Below are positions 13,350 through 27,646 of a stretch of 64,000 nt of DNA, piece by piece. Within the stretch, counting starts at the first letter, position 1; every line of letters starts with the position of its first letter. The stretch is from Octopus sinensis (Eukaryota). A model generated the notes under the pieces. It saw nothing but the letters and a program-made list of their open reading frames with translations. It made no database searches and was not told where the DNA came from. The stretch lies in the NCBI RefSeq assembly GCF_006345805.1, contig NC_042999.1, forward strand, positions 30,690,001 to 30,754,000. Direction: 5' to 3'. A program made the position numbers and the translations under genes.

Positions 13350-13408
<59 letters not shown>

Positions 13409-13486
13409 ATATATATATATTAATATATATATATATATATACATATATAATATATATGTATATATATATACATATATATATATATA
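13350..13486. repeat. (TA)n microsatellite
   Basis: Directly visible; separates the large inverted repeat from the 326-bp palindrome. A second (TA)n field spans ~13885-14203. Confidence 0.95.
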
Positions 13487-13582
13487 ATAAAATATTATTT
13501 GAGACAAAACCACTATTTTGCAAAACAATCAAGGAAAGACTTAATCAATACATAAAATTTAATAAATAGTCAAAAAAAACCG

Positions 13583-13625
13583 CCACTACAATCGTTTCTT
13601 GTCTTGATCGACAATCTTCAGGTGG
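13583..13625 (-). ncRNA. Minimal type I hammerhead ribozyme motif (minus-strand copy in palindrome)
   Basis: Exact reverse complement of 13674-13716. Confidence 0.8.
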
Positions 13626-13673
13626 ACTTCCAATAATTCAGACTTCATAATTTGTAACTGAATTATTGGAAGT

Positions 13674-13716
13674 CCACCTGAAGATTGTCGATCAAGACAA
13701 GAAACGATTGTAGTGG
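13674..13716 (+). ncRNA. Minimal type I hammerhead ribozyme motif (plus-strand copy in palindrome)
   Basis: CCAC-CTGAAGA-TTGTC-gatcaa-GACAA-GAAA-C-gatt-GTA/GTGG: 4-bp stem I, intact core, 5-bp stem II, GUA cleavage triplet. Confidence 0.8.
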
Positions 13717-14043
13717 CGGTTTTTTTTGACTATTTATTAAATTTTATGTATTGATTAAGTCTTTCCTTGTTTGTTTTGCAAAATAGTGGTTTTGTCTCAA
13801 ATAATATTTTATAATATTTTACTATAAAATTGGATTTAATCCTAAATCTGATTTTTTTTCCCTGTAAATTTGGATATATTCCCTAATATTTATTATATAT
13901 ATATATATATATTATATTATATATATATATATATGTATATATATACACACATATATATATATACTATACATATATATATATACTCATATATATATATACA
14001 TATACATATATATATATTATATATATACATATATATATATATA

Positions 14044-14077
<34 letters not shown>

Positions 14078-17000
14078 TATAATATATACATATATATATA
14101 TATATATATACATAATATATATTATATATATATATATATATTATATATATATATATAATATATATATAATACTATATATATATATATTATATATATATAT
14201 ATTTCACAGTATCGTAGCATTTATAATGCAACAGTAATTCATTGCATCTCATTTACGTTTATTGTTCCTTGTTTTTCAGTGAAATGTACGGAAAATTACA
14301 TTTGCACCATTACCAAGTAACAGAATCTTTGTGTTTACTGAAATGACGTTAATGGTGTTGTGACACATAAATATAGTAGTAATAAGACCTATGTTTCCTT
14401 TAAGACGTGTATAAATGCTGCAACTTGCATCAGGTTCGAGGACAAATACAAAACATCATGTCTAACTTCCAAATTTGAATCGCACGAAACGCTTTTGTAT
14501 TTTGAAAACGCCGTTGACTATGGGATTAATAAAATTAAGGATAAGCTGTGCTCTTAAACGTCAACATTATGCATACAGTCAAGTTATATTACAACTTGGT
14601 ACATTTTGTATATATATATACATATATTTATTTATATTTATACCAATTTTACTTTGTTATATTGCAAAGACGAATCAGACATTTGGTCAGTTGAGTTCCG
14701 GCTACACGTGTTCAGATATAAAACTCAAATATTTCAGTTCTCATCGTTCCCCATGTTTATCTTGTATATTTGCTACAAAATCCATCAGTTACGACAACAA
14801 TCAAATGTAACAACGAATATATCTGTAGACGATTGACTTCCAAATAATAACTTGCACTTTTTCTGAGAGTGTACTTACAATATTATGTTTATTAGGCAGT
14901 AGAGTGTAATTTTCAGCGGAATTTATGTATTATTTCTATCGGAAGATTCAACAAGAAGAGGACCCTTTTTCTGGCATAGCCCTGACATTGCCTTTTATAT
15001 CACTCCATCCTCAAAACAAAGATAGGTAATATTTATCTCCTGTTGCTTCTCCATAAATATGTCATTTTCCAAATATTGATATTTATAGCACACATCTAAA
15101 AATCATGTTTTGTGGGATTTTGCTTAAAACATAGTTGAAAACTTCCTGTTGGATGACTCTCTCCGAGGGTTATTTATAGGTGTTTGTATAGCAAGTCTTT
15201 GATATATCGGCTATCTTTGTCCTGGAGAAATATTGGGGTTATTCTGATGTCGCTGCTGGTGGTTGTGCATAAAATAATTGATATTCTACGCACGGTAGCG
15301 TGCTCCATGAAATACTTACAGGTGATGTTCATTGGAAATGTGTCTCGAACAGGTAGAGGTTTACTAGAAATAACAACTATATCTCCTTCATATCACATGA
15401 TGAGGAAACACGTGAGATAAGGTCCACCATGTGATATTAAGCCAAAAACTAATGAGATGAAGCGCTCACAAAATGAATTACCTTGATTATAAATTCATTA
15501 GATCGGAGCTTGTAACAACAACAACAATTAGTGTACAGGGAGACTGTAACTCTTAAGTTCACCCCATGACATTCAAATGATACCAGCCGCCATGACAATA
15601 TACAAATATATTACAATAGATTCGGGACCTAACTCCATAAATTACTCACAAGAGGGGCAACGATGTGATATTATCTCCAATTTCGTCTCTTGTAAGTTAT
15701 AAGGATTTATATTTGTTCGTTAAATAAACTAATAATTCGTATGTTCCTTTGGTTTCCTGAAAAGGCCACTGTAATCACAGATCAGCATTCAAACGTTTTA
15801 AGATTTATGATCTTTCGTGAAAAATATGGAACAGCAGCTTACTATTATATTCACACGATTTCGTTACGGTTTACTTCCCTAGTCACCTACTTTTCTGCGT
15901 TTAGCATTAAGGCACGAGACGTATCAAGCACTTTAGTAAAGGAATAAGTCTGGAAATCATGCTGCCCTAACACACTAGTGGGACATTTTTCACTCGAGTG
16001 TCCGAACTTCCTTAATCACATGAGCATCTGCTGTTATTTGACCCATAACTTGGCTCTGAATACCTATTTGCATACCAAGCCAGCGTGAAACTGTGATAGG
16101 TGGTTATTATGGTGCCATTCTATATTCCTCCAAACCCCTAAGCTCCTGACTGCAGTTTAAGAGTTTTATGTATTATCTAGGACAATTTAGTCTGAATTTG
16201 ATTTACAAAATTGTTAATGACATTAAAAATTTATCTGCTGTTGTTTTTGTTGTTTAAAAGTAGGATCTAAAGAACTAGGCTCAGAAATTTACCAGACTTT
16301 TCCTCTTATCCTTCTCGAAATCAGACACTTCAGGATAATTTACTCAGTTCTAGTATGTCGACCAACGGCCATCAAAGTTCTCACTCATAGGATTGTCAAT
16401 CTCAATACAAGAATATCAATAGAACATTCATGCAACTTTTTAATGAATTACGCAAGTATTTCTTTTTGCACTAGGTGGGAGCACTGAAATCCCTGTTCGA
16501 AAATATAAGGACACAGATATTGTGTTGTACAGCCAGCTACTAACGATGTTTCTTGGGGCTAAGACAATAACATCGTCCCTTACAGGCAGCAATATTAAGT
16601 TGTCAAACAGCCTTTACTTTAAAGAACTGTTACTGAATAACTCTGTTTGAGAGAGTTAGAAACAATAATATTTCTATATTTGTATATTATTACGAACATA
16701 GACAGTCTATCGATATATTTGATGGGGATGTTTAGAAAATTATAAACAGAGTAGTGTTTCAGTGGTTCTTTGTGTCATAGGCTTCTAAAATATACAAATG
16801 CACATTTATTTCGGTAGGCATTTGAATACAAAACTAAAAAAGGCTGCAACAAATATTGCAAGTCGTATTCACAGACACTCTGAAGATTCGGTTAAACCAA
16901 CACCGATAAAATAGTAATATTGATGGTTATAAATTTTCAAACTAGGGCAGGATTTTCGGGGAATTTAAATTATAAACAATAATTATAGACAACAAATTAT

Positions 17001-18892
17001 ACACAAAGTATTGTAATAACGAGTTAGGTACATATTTTAAAGCGAGATGAGCGAAAATTCCCTATGTGCGTAAAGGAAATCACACAATCATGATCAAGGT
17101 TTATCCTGTTATTCATATGGCATCATTTTTCGCTCGTACTGTATCTTGATTACATTCGTCAGCATCAGCTTCCCCTGAAGAGACGGTGAATTATGATTTG
17201 AGGAAAATTTTGCTGACATTTCTAGGAAGTCGAGTGAATACATGGAGAGAACCCTTCGTTGACTTGTCAGAATCTTATAAACAATTCGCCGACAACGAGT
17301 GATACATAGATGTGAGTAATAGGTCTAACAATGGAATGTCAAATCTATAACATTATTATGTATTAATTATGGTTTATTTTTATGCAGCTAACCTAAGCTT
17401 TTGATAAGATAACCACCGGCCAAAAGTAAGTAAAGGGTTCGACAAGAACGATAACACCCATGATAACGATGCTCCGGCATCAGCCCATTCGAATAAAAAA
17501 GATGAACAGAAAAAGATGAACAGCAAAAGATGAAAGAAAATGTTTGGATTCTTAACAGTGCAGTCATAATATTATAATAAAAGGTGAGAATGACGCCAGT
17601 ATTTATTTCTCTTGCTTTAATGAATATTTTAAAGTTAAGCGATTCTAGTCTCTGTATTTCATGGGTGTTATCGATAAATATACAGTGCCCTCAATTACTG
17701 CTCCATCATCTGGTTCCTGCCGTTGGAAACTGGTTTAGGATCCACATCCAGGATTATGTTTCCTCAACTGGGGTAATTAAGCTCAGTCTCTGATGTGATC
17801 AGAGATAGAGAGGGAATCCTCAAATAAATTCAAAGATTGTTTTTAGAACTTTCAAACTCAACATTCCTACAGCAGCTCTTATACACACACATAAGCCTAA
17901 CATTTCTGCATCTTATTGGATCATACAACCGAGGTTGAGAGAAGGTTTCTGGTGTCTGACTTGTAACACACTTAATACATGAAAGAAGATAGATGCAAGG
18001 TGTACCAGTTACGTACTGAGGTTCATGTCAATTATTTGTCTTTTTGTTTTTTATTGCAAAGAATCATATAACAGGATAACATTGTCGAACGGATGTTTGG
18101 CTTGTTGTCATCATATGTCCATAACATTTTGACAAGTCTAACTACAGAGTCATGTTAAAACCAATGACTGTTGGACAGCAAACAAAAAGAAATCCCAAAT
18201 GTCAGAAAATTATTTTCTTATGATATTTTTCAGTGTATTAGAAATAAAAGAAAATACATTACACAATATATTAAAATATATATAATATACAAAATACAAA
18301 AATACATTAAAAATAGCTCATCTATCAATGTTCGTTTCGTATACGACATCTTCACAATTGGTTTCGGCTGTTAGGCTGACATTTGATGCTCTTTGGAAAA
18401 ACGCTAGCGAACTCTGGATGAATGAAAATAATTTTGATTTTGACAGCATACCAATTTGTCTTTTTTTACTTTTTATTCTCAGATTTTTTTTTCTTGTTCT
18501 CTTTGATTCTTGACTAAGTTTGTTAGTAATGAATTAAAGATAAAATTATATAGGAAAGCAAATCAAAACAGAAACTTCAAAATGTATTTTGAATGACAAA
18601 TATATCTTAAACACACACACACACACACACACATATGCACACACACATGCACACACACACAACACACACACACACACACCCACTTGTTGGTTCATGAATT
18701 TTAACTAAAGGTTGGTTATCAAGATCATCGAATTAATACAAGCACAGCAAGCAAAAGCCTACAAGCAAATCAAGTCTAAGTTAAAGTACACATTCACATC
18801 GTATACATACATGCATGCATACATACATACATACATACATACACACATACATATATACATACATACATACATACATACATACATACATCGTA

Positions 18893-19270
18893 GCAGTCTG
18901 TCGGTTACGGCGACGAGGGTTCCAGTTGATTCAATCACCAGACCAGCCTGCTCGTGAAATTAACGTGCAAGTGGCTGAGCACTCCACAGACAAGTGTAAC
19001 CTTAAAGTAGATCTTGGGGAGATTCAGCGTGACGTAGAGTGCGACAAGGCTGGCCCCTTGAAATACAGGTACAACAGACACAGAAAGAAAGAATGAGAAA
19101 CAGTTGTGGCGAAAGAGCACAGCAGCGTTCGCCACCACCCCCTGTCGGAGCCACATGAAGCTTTTGGGCCTGTTTTCTCAATAAACAATCAAAACGCCTG
19201 GCCTGGGGATCGAAACCGCGATCCTACGACTGCGAGTCCGCTGCCCTATCCAGTGAGCCAATGCTCCTCC
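18893..19270 (-). mobile_element. tRNA-derived SINE (family B)
   Basis: Reverse complement of the 45407-45790 family: head with GTTTCGATCCCC B box, tail ...ctcagccacttgcacgttaatttcacgagcaggctg...gccgtaaccgac. Confidence 0.85.
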
Positions 19271-19577
19271 ATTCATACATACATACGTACGTGCATCTCG
19301 ACACGCCCGAAAACACATACACGCAAACACATAGTATACCTATATATATTTATACATATTTATATAACAGAAATGTTTCTTAGTTTAATATAATTATTTA
19401 CATTTTACTGATATTTAATGTAAATGATGTACATAATTCCTCATCTCTTAAATATAGAAACGTATTATCTAATCGGTACGAAGGCGACATTAGACTTCAA
19501 TGAAGATATATAGAGAAACTTTATCATAAACTAGCTCGTCTTTCAAACCATCTAACTTTCCTGTGTAGATGTAGAGA

Positions 19578-19735
19578 ATAACATCGAAAAATACTTTAGG
19601 AATGGGAACCCAGGATCGAAACTTCCCCAAGACATCTAATGAAGGCTGGAGGGTATATCAGCCGAAACGTTGTGTTGACAACAAACGAGATGTGAAGAAG
19701 TATTCGTCAAATGTAAATAATGTAAAGAAAGCCGA
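19578..19735 (+). repeat. ~150-bp dispersed repeat with degenerate hammerhead-like core, copy 1
   Basis: Homologous to 42410-42570 and 54505-54655; core reads CTAATGA-A-GGCTG...CAGCC-GAAAC-GTT; ends in tgtaaataatgt. Confidence 0.75.
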
Positions 19736-20124
19736 CGAAGTTTTGAATCTTTCCTTTTCCAGTGGTTTTAATTGTAAAGTATAGTAATATCCATTCAATA
19801 CGTAGCAATTTGCTTATATCTTTGTTAAGACGCAGTACACAATTTATAACCCAAATTCATTTTATTATCGTCACACATTTATTTCGTTTTCCAGTTATAG
19901 TGTAAAAAGACGACGTTATAAAACGCAGTTTCCTTTATTCTCAAAGGATATCGATCGATTTTGTTGCTATTATTGGCAGGTCGATTGACGACGCGGATAT
20001 ATTTGCCTCTACTCCTTATGACCAGAAATATATTCTAAATTTTGCTGAAGGTAACCACCGATACAGCACAGCAATGGTTAAATCCAATTTTAGGCTTAAC
20101 ATTTCCTCCTATATTATATATACC

Positions 20125-21259
20125 TTTAGATGTACCCGGTAATTCCGGGGAAATCGAGGCTTATCCTTTGGTTCCATTCTCATAATTATTTCGCTATTCG
20201 AATAACAACAATACGAAGTATGTTGCCCTAAAAATAGTCTTTGGGCATTTACAGAGAATACCACACTGTCTTACACAGGATCATGTTTTTAGAAATTCCC
20301 AGTAAGTTATGAACTCCCAAATTGTTTAGTTAGTTATGTAATAACCAGTAGTTTGTTATCTGATAGTGCGGATTCAAAAAAGTAGCCTCGAAAAGGGTTG
20401 TAATGCGTTCGTAGAGTATAAAAACTTAGGAGGAAGTAGTAATAAGGTAGGCTAAAATTGTGAAGTATGTTACGTAAGAACAAGCAAGTCAGAATTTCCC
20501 ACATATGTAGTAGATCTGCATATATAGACTATCAACGATTACATTATCCCGTGTTCTTCTTTTTTCTGTGGTAGCATAACTGTAACATATTTCTGTTTTG
20601 ACCACAAGGGGCTAAACGTAGAGGAGACAATCAAGGACAGATAAAGGGATGAAATCGATTACATCGACCCCAGTGCGTAACTGGTACTTAATTTATCGAC
20701 CTCGAATAGATAAAAGTCAGATATGAGATAATAACAATTCAAAGTAGATAACTCTTAAAAAGCCTTTTGTGCGTTCCCAGAGAATATAACCCTCAACGGC
20801 GCTAATGTTGGTATATTCGTGAATAAGTCACTAACCGAAATAAGTGGATCTATTGTTTAGGAATATACTATTTACATTTTAAGTTTGCACTGGATAAATT
20901 GCGAACATAACTTTAATAGTTCGAAGAATAACACATAAGCATACTCAATTTCATTTATACTAAATAATTTAGGAATTTAAATGGGTTATTTCCCTTGGCT
21001 ATATATAAGGATTTCTTTCCGGGGTGAGTAGGTTATTTCCATTGGATGTTTAAATAAAATATATTCGTTATATATAAGGATCCCTTCCAGAGGCCCTATT
21101 ATCGAATTTTTTTCAACAGTCTGTATATGCCATGAGGTTTCGATACACGAGGTCTACTCAGGTGTCAAGTTTCATCAAAATCGATAAGACGATGTAGGAG
21201 GAGTTAGCTAACAACTCCATAAAACACCCACAGACAAAATTTCCTACATATTTAGTAGA
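20125..21259 (-). mobile_element. Degraded non-autonomous Helitron-like sequence with two 5'-end-like motifs
   Basis: Minus-strand A|TCTACTAAATATG start at 21259 and A|TCTACTACATATG at 20514; typical caagtttcatcaaaatcg...cacagac subterminal block at ~21167-21240; hairpin cccggtaattccggg near 20140. Confidence 0.4.
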
Positions 21260-21321
21260 TTTGCATATATAGACTATCAGAGACTACATGATCCTGTGCT
21301 CTTTCTTTTCTCTGGCAGCAT

Positions 21322-21670
21322 GACTGTAACATATTTCTTTATTGCCCACAAGGGGCTAAACGTAGAGGAGACAAACTAGGACAGATAAAGGGATCAAGTC
21401 GATTACATCGACCCCAGTGCGTATCTGGTACTTAATTTATCGACCCCGAAAAGATGAAAAGCACAGATGAAAAAATACCTCGGCGGAATTTGAACTCAGA
21501 ACGTAGCGGCAGACGAAACACTTACTTCATTACTACCCACAAGTGGCTAAACACAGTGGGGAAAAACAAGGACAGAAAAACCGATTAAGTCGATAATATA
21601 TAACTGCAGACGAAACACTGCCAATCATTTCGCCCGGCGTGCTAACGTTTCTGCCAGCTCGCCGCCTTAC
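21322..21670 (-). mobile_element. tRNA-derived SINE (family D), rearranged
   Basis: Reverse complement of the gttaaggcggagagctggcagaa... family at 56268-56670; 3' part also at 20590-20720 and a fragment at ~4195-4330. Confidence 0.65.
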
Positions 21671-22254
21671 CATAACTGTACCATAAGGGAGATCTGTCTA
21701 TATCAGATAATCTATAGATAGGTTTTACAAGGAACGAGGCATGAATACTGTTACATTTTACATGTACAAACGCACAAATACGCTCACACATAAATATATA
21801 CATAGTATACACGTGCACACACGCACGCACACTCTCACACACATACACACACATACACAAAGACAAAAAGATCGAAGCAATAAATTTCCTTTGATTCGAA
21901 CCCCTGTATTCTTTATATATTACTAGCGGAATATCTTTTAAATTTATAAAGCCAAATCGGTCAGCCAAATACATATTCCCTTCTTAACTTTATGAAAAGA
22001 TATATATGACATTCTGTTTTATCTTAGAATATTCTAGAAAATAATAGTTCTTACCGGTGATATATTGATGGCTAAAACATGATTAGATACATACAGCGAG
22101 AGTGTGTATCTGTTTTATTGTTCTCTTCCTTCACAAAATATTAAATGCGATGCTAAATTATTTGTATAATATACGTTGTCATAGTTTAAAAGAAACGAGA
22201 AACATATAAGGCTTCGGTCATGTGAGTGTACAGGAACAACATCAATCATATTAT

Positions 22255-22640
22255 ATGTCTATATAGATGAAACTGTTGGTCCGGTTTACTCTATGTTAGA
22301 TATATTTATGTATAGCAATCAGATATATCCGCGTCATGGGTTTTCTCATTTTTTTTTTATTTCCACGCTATACTCAGTAATAAAATGTAAGCTCCGTGAA
22401 TATACCAATGACTACTACTACTACTACTACTAACAGCACTAGCTGTTGTAACCACAGCAATATTTTTATGTGCTTCAAAGGTGCCTTTCATATCTACTAT
22501 AGAAAATATAACGTAAGCATAGTTCTTAGAGATGTGAAGACAAATGCAGAAATACCGAGAAAAACAAAGAGGGGATAAAGACGTTACACGTTCAATCAAT
22601 AACTGGATATTTACAAATATAAGTGTGATGTAAATTAAAC
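22255..22640. repeat. Unclassified dispersed repeat with internal (ACT)n array, copy 1
   Basis: Shares gatgaaa.tgttggtccggtttac... and gaagacaaatgcagaaata... blocks with 32420-32880. Confidence 0.7.
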
Positions 22641-22920
22641 GAGGAATAAATTGATAATTATATAAAAAATACTGAATGAAAAAGGGTAATAACGAGAATA
22701 TTGCTGGAGTTATGCACACACAGGCTGATGAAAACTCACCTGTTAAGCTGGTCTAGAGCGCTGTCACATTAGCCTACCACTTCTAATGTAACCGAGTATG
22801 ATTGTGAAGACTTTTGGGACAGACCATACCACAAAACCTACACAAAATACTAATGCAGTTTTTCACTTGCAGAAACTCCCAATGCTTTTGATGTCCTCCA
22901 CTTCCTCGATTACTTTATTC

Positions 22921-23357
22921 GGATCTTCTCGGTTTGAACGGCTGTTTTTAACATAATTTCTAGATAGCTAAAAAAATTTCAAACTTCGTATACTGGTAGA
23001 ATGTGTTCATAAAACATATTTTTCTCTTGGCTTTATTGAGAAAATTCTATAGTTTGTAAGAAATTTGCTGTAAGAAATTTGCTGTTTTTTTTTTTCTGCA
23101 ATTTCTGCAATTTCAACCAATCAGTGACGTCCATTGAGGTAAAAAACATTCTGTGCCATATGAATATGTCCCTCGTTTAAGAAACAGATTGGATTTATTT
23201 ACATTTGTGAAGAAAAAAAAAGATACCCTTCCTCCCACCCCTAACCCTAACCCTAAAACAGATTGAAATGCAATAGATCGAAACTAGAGTCATAATTATG
23301 GGTGACAATTTCATATGACACCGCTAGAAAAAACTGCCGTTCAAACCGAAAAGATAC
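22921..23357. mobile_element. hAT-type MITE (437 bp) with internal (CCCTAA)3, copy 2
   Basis: TIRs GGATCTTCTCGGTTTGAACGGC / GCCGTTCAAACCGAAAAGATAC; perfect 8-bp TSD ctttattc at 22913-22920 and 23358-23365. Confidence 0.9.
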
Positions 23358-23895
23358 CTTTATTCCAGCTCTCTTGCTCTTCTTTCACTTCCCCCATTTG
23401 TTCAATTTGTTATTTGCTGTGGGAAGATCTTTTAACATCAGCGTGGTATGCTCCTCTTATTTTTGCATAACGTCTCTGCAACAAAAGAACGTTTGGGAGT
23501 TTGGTTGTGGTGAGGCTTTACATATTATTTAGGAAGGCTAGACGTACCTTATATTTCATAATTTTCATAAAACAGATTGAGATAATTTCATTACACCCTG
23601 CCTAAAAATGTGATACTTTGTGCAATCGGGAAAAACAAGGCCTCTGGAAGCGGTCCGTCCACGTCGGTATTAGTTTGGTAAATTTTTTTACCTTCTTACA
23701 TCTCTGGAGCGTTTATGACACTTGCAGTAATTCCAAAACGTTTTACTCTGGTCGCTCACCACAAATCCTTCACATTTCAAAACAAGTGAAAAGTACTGTA
23801 ATTAATGGGTAGGTGAAATATTTTCTAGCTTCTGAGAGAACAAGTGAGATTTAAAACCCGTCTTATTGTCGTTGGTTATGATGTGTTCATGGCTC

Positions 23896-23932
<37 letters not shown>

Positions 23933-24624
23933 CTCTCATTTCCCCCTCTCATTCTCCCTGCCTTTCTGCTTCTTGAGACCAGAAAACCTTCAAGTACATC
24001 CTACTGACATCCTACTGACCGATTTGGCTTTATAAATTTAAAAGATATTCCGCTAGTAATATATAAAGAATACATGAGTTCGAATCACGGGAAATGTATT
24101 GACTCGATCTTTGTATAAGTGTATAAGTCGGTTTGCTTTCTCAGTACCTTCCACATCATCGCTCTTGTTTCTATATGTAGCACGTGTCACTATTCAGCAC
24201 TAGTCCTATGAATTCCAGGACCTGTTCGAAGTCCTAAAAGTGGTAGTTTCTGCATTTACACACTCTCGGTATTATACTACAAACAGGACTATAAACAAAA
24301 CATCAATATCATTAACAATACCGTTAATTGTCGGCCCAGCATCGCAATAGCACACGCATTGGAATATTAGGCTGTGCACTCGCAACTATATCTGTTTGTT
24401 GATTCACCACACCGTCCGTCTGGAACATGATTGAGGTGCCAACATGCGATTTTCCTTCCTGATAAATAAGTCATATGCTATTCAACTGCTCCTTTGAGTT
24501 CCCAACGGAAAACTTAATCTCACTCTTGGCAAGGCATATATAATCCATTTCTGTCCTTTCCTGTAACTGGAAATATTCCTCAAGCTTGTAGAAATCACCT
24601 GTTGTGAATGACAACTCCGATGTA

Positions 24625-24790
24625 TTATTATTATTGTTGTTGTTGTTGTTGTTGTTATTATTAATATTATTATTATTATTATTGTTATTGTTGTTGTTAT
24701 TATTATTATTATTATCGTTATTGTTATTGTTATTATTATTATTACTATTATTGTTATTCTCATTATTATTATTACTATTATTATTATTGA
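24625..24790. repeat. (TTA/TTG)n microsatellite
   Basis: Directly visible; the first of several TAA-type arrays (also 25770-26000, 26642-26779, 27445-27646, 31608-31678). Confidence 0.95.
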
Positions 24791-24881
24791 GTGAGAGAGC
24801 AGTGCATGCCATCAAAGTGACACTGGGGTAAAATATACGCGAAGCCCAATATACCCATTATTATTATTATTATTATTATTA

Positions 24882-25770
24882 CTTTTTTTTTCTTCTTTCA
24901 AATTTGCTTCCATTTATTGCCGAGTGTCTTCCGACTCCTAGGGCAAAGAAACTCATAGTATACATTGGTAGGCCATTAAACCAAACTCAATAGTTCGTTC
25001 ATTTTCTTTTTTTTTAAGTTAAATTAAAATACATGAGCAGCAACAGTTCTCACATCGACAATGCTCTTCTCAATACGTGTGATGTACCAGTTAAGACAAT
25101 CTTTTGCACTTCTTGGAGGGATGGTAAGCCAGGGATCATTCTCATATAATTTTCGGTTCCCTTCTTGATCATTCCTAGTGCTCCTACGATCACTGGTATT
25201 GTAACCGCCTTGAGATGCCACATTTTCTCAATTTCAATGAGTAGGTCTTTATATTTTCTGAGCTTGTCAAACTCTTTCGCCGAGATATTATGATCACAGG
25301 GGATGCTCATGTCGATCAATAAGCAAACTTTATTGTTTTGGTCTTTCACAACAATATATGGTTTATTGGCCTTGATGGTTCGGTCTGTATGTATTGGAAA
25401 GTCCCACAGAATGGTTACATTTTCTCCTTCAGTTACAGCCTCAGGGTGGTGATTATACCACTTGTCGGCAGTTTTGATATTGTAATGCCGACTTATTAGC
25501 CAGTGTAGATATTGACCAACTCTGTCATGTCTTAATTTATACTCCACTGGAGCTAAAACTTTACATCCAGAGATTAGGTGGTCCACTGTTTCAATCATGT
25601 CGTTGCAGAATCGGCATATTGGGTCTGCTCCATTTTTCATCACATTGGCCTGGTAGTTCCGGGTTAATAGGCTTTGATCTTGAGCAGCCAGGATGAAACC
25701 TTCGCTCTCTGCTTTTAGCCCTGAGCTCCGTAGCCACTGATGGGTTTGCTTCTGGTCAACATCAGCTTGT
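24882..25770 (-). mobile_element. 5'-truncated Dong/R4-clade non-LTR retrotransposon
   Basis: ORF 25050-25643 contains CRFC..ETVDHLISGC zinc knuckle, RHD, and KPYIVV...LLID restriction-like endonuclease; bounded by (TAA)n arrays on both sides. Confidence 0.88.
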
Positions 25771-26640
25771 TATCATTATTATTGTTATTATTATTATTAT
25801 TATTGTTATTATTATTATTGTTGTTATTATTATTGTTGTTATTATTATTGTTGTTGTTGTTATTATTACTATTATTATTATTGTTGTTATTGTTATTATT
25901 ATTATTATTATCATTATTATTTTTATTATTATTATTACTATTATTATTGTTATTATTGTTGTTGGTGTTGTTGTTGTCGTTGTTGTTGTTGTTATCTGTT
26001 GCATATTATATATCTCCAGAAAGTGTTCTTGAACAATAAATGTTCGTAAAAGTGATTAAAAAAAAAACAATTATATTTATTCTCGACAAAATCTGTTGTA
26101 AGCATTGTTGTTACTTTAGTTGTAATTGTTGTAAATGCGGCTAGTGCTGCTGCTGCTGCTGCGATTGTTTGTGTGTGTGGGGGAGGATGCTGTTTGCTGT
26201 GAATGCATAAATCAATTTTGTGACCGTCCTTTGTAACGTTAGTTTTTGCCTCCGTATGTGTCTGTTTGTTCTGGATTGTTAGGTTTATTATTTATTTCTA
26301 TTAATTTCTTTTTCTAATTTTGCAAAACAATATTTTGTGTAGAAATTTGTTTACGTTGACGCATCAACAGCAATGGCGATGACTGCTTCCCGCTAACTCA
26401 AAAACAAATAAACACGGTGAAAAAATAGCTAACCGAAAAAGAAATTATAAAAATATTTTCGAAAGATATGTATTCTGCCTAAAGAGAACAGAAAAGAAAT
26501 TGAAAACAAACAACTCACCGCTCTTTGTGATAATTCCGAGTATTACGAGGCAGAAATAATCAACCAATTTTAGAAACAATGAACAAAATAGAAAGAAAAA
26601 GCAGGAACACACACAGTATGGGGTACGCAGGATGATATCA

Positions 26641-27444
<804 letters not shown>

Positions 27445-27521
27445 TAATAATGATAATAATAATAATAATAATAATATCAGTATTAATAAAAATAATAATA
27501 ATAATAATAATAATGATGATG

Positions 27522-27558
<37 letters not shown>

Positions 27559-27646
27559 TAATAATAATAATACTATTAATAATAATATTAATAATAATAA
27601 TGATAATGATAATAATAATTATAATATTAATAATAATAATAATAAT

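Larger units (their letters stand above)
7919..13350. mobile_element. 5'-truncated Penelope-like element with inverted pseudo-LTR: arms 7919-10117 and 10753-13350 around a ~635-bp unique spacer
   Basis: Arms are near-identical reverse complements (mirror ORFs 7940-8191/13078-13329, 8603-8962/12425-12652, 9023-9283/11976-12233); spacer encodes a GIY-YIG endonuclease relic; a hammerhead motif lies near each outer end; (TA)n arrays on both sides. Confidence 0.85.
13487..13812. repeat. 326-bp near-perfect palindrome (155-bp arms, 16-nt loop), inverted PLE pseudo-LTR pair
   Basis: Arms 13487-13641 and 13658-13812 are reverse complements with one mismatch that I could find; loop acttcataatttgtaa. 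Confidence 0.92.

Noticed and set aside
14280-17430. Several further splice-like signals and 50-70 codon frames
   Set aside because: Frames are closed or phase-incompatible; such signals are common by chance in AT-rich DNA.
22740-23475. Minus-strand segment with good splice sites that is 97 codons once the MITE and one TSD are removed, with a hydrophobic stretch
   Set aside because: Four in-frame stops, about what random AT-rich DNA gives, and no recognisable homology; at most an old pseudo-exon.
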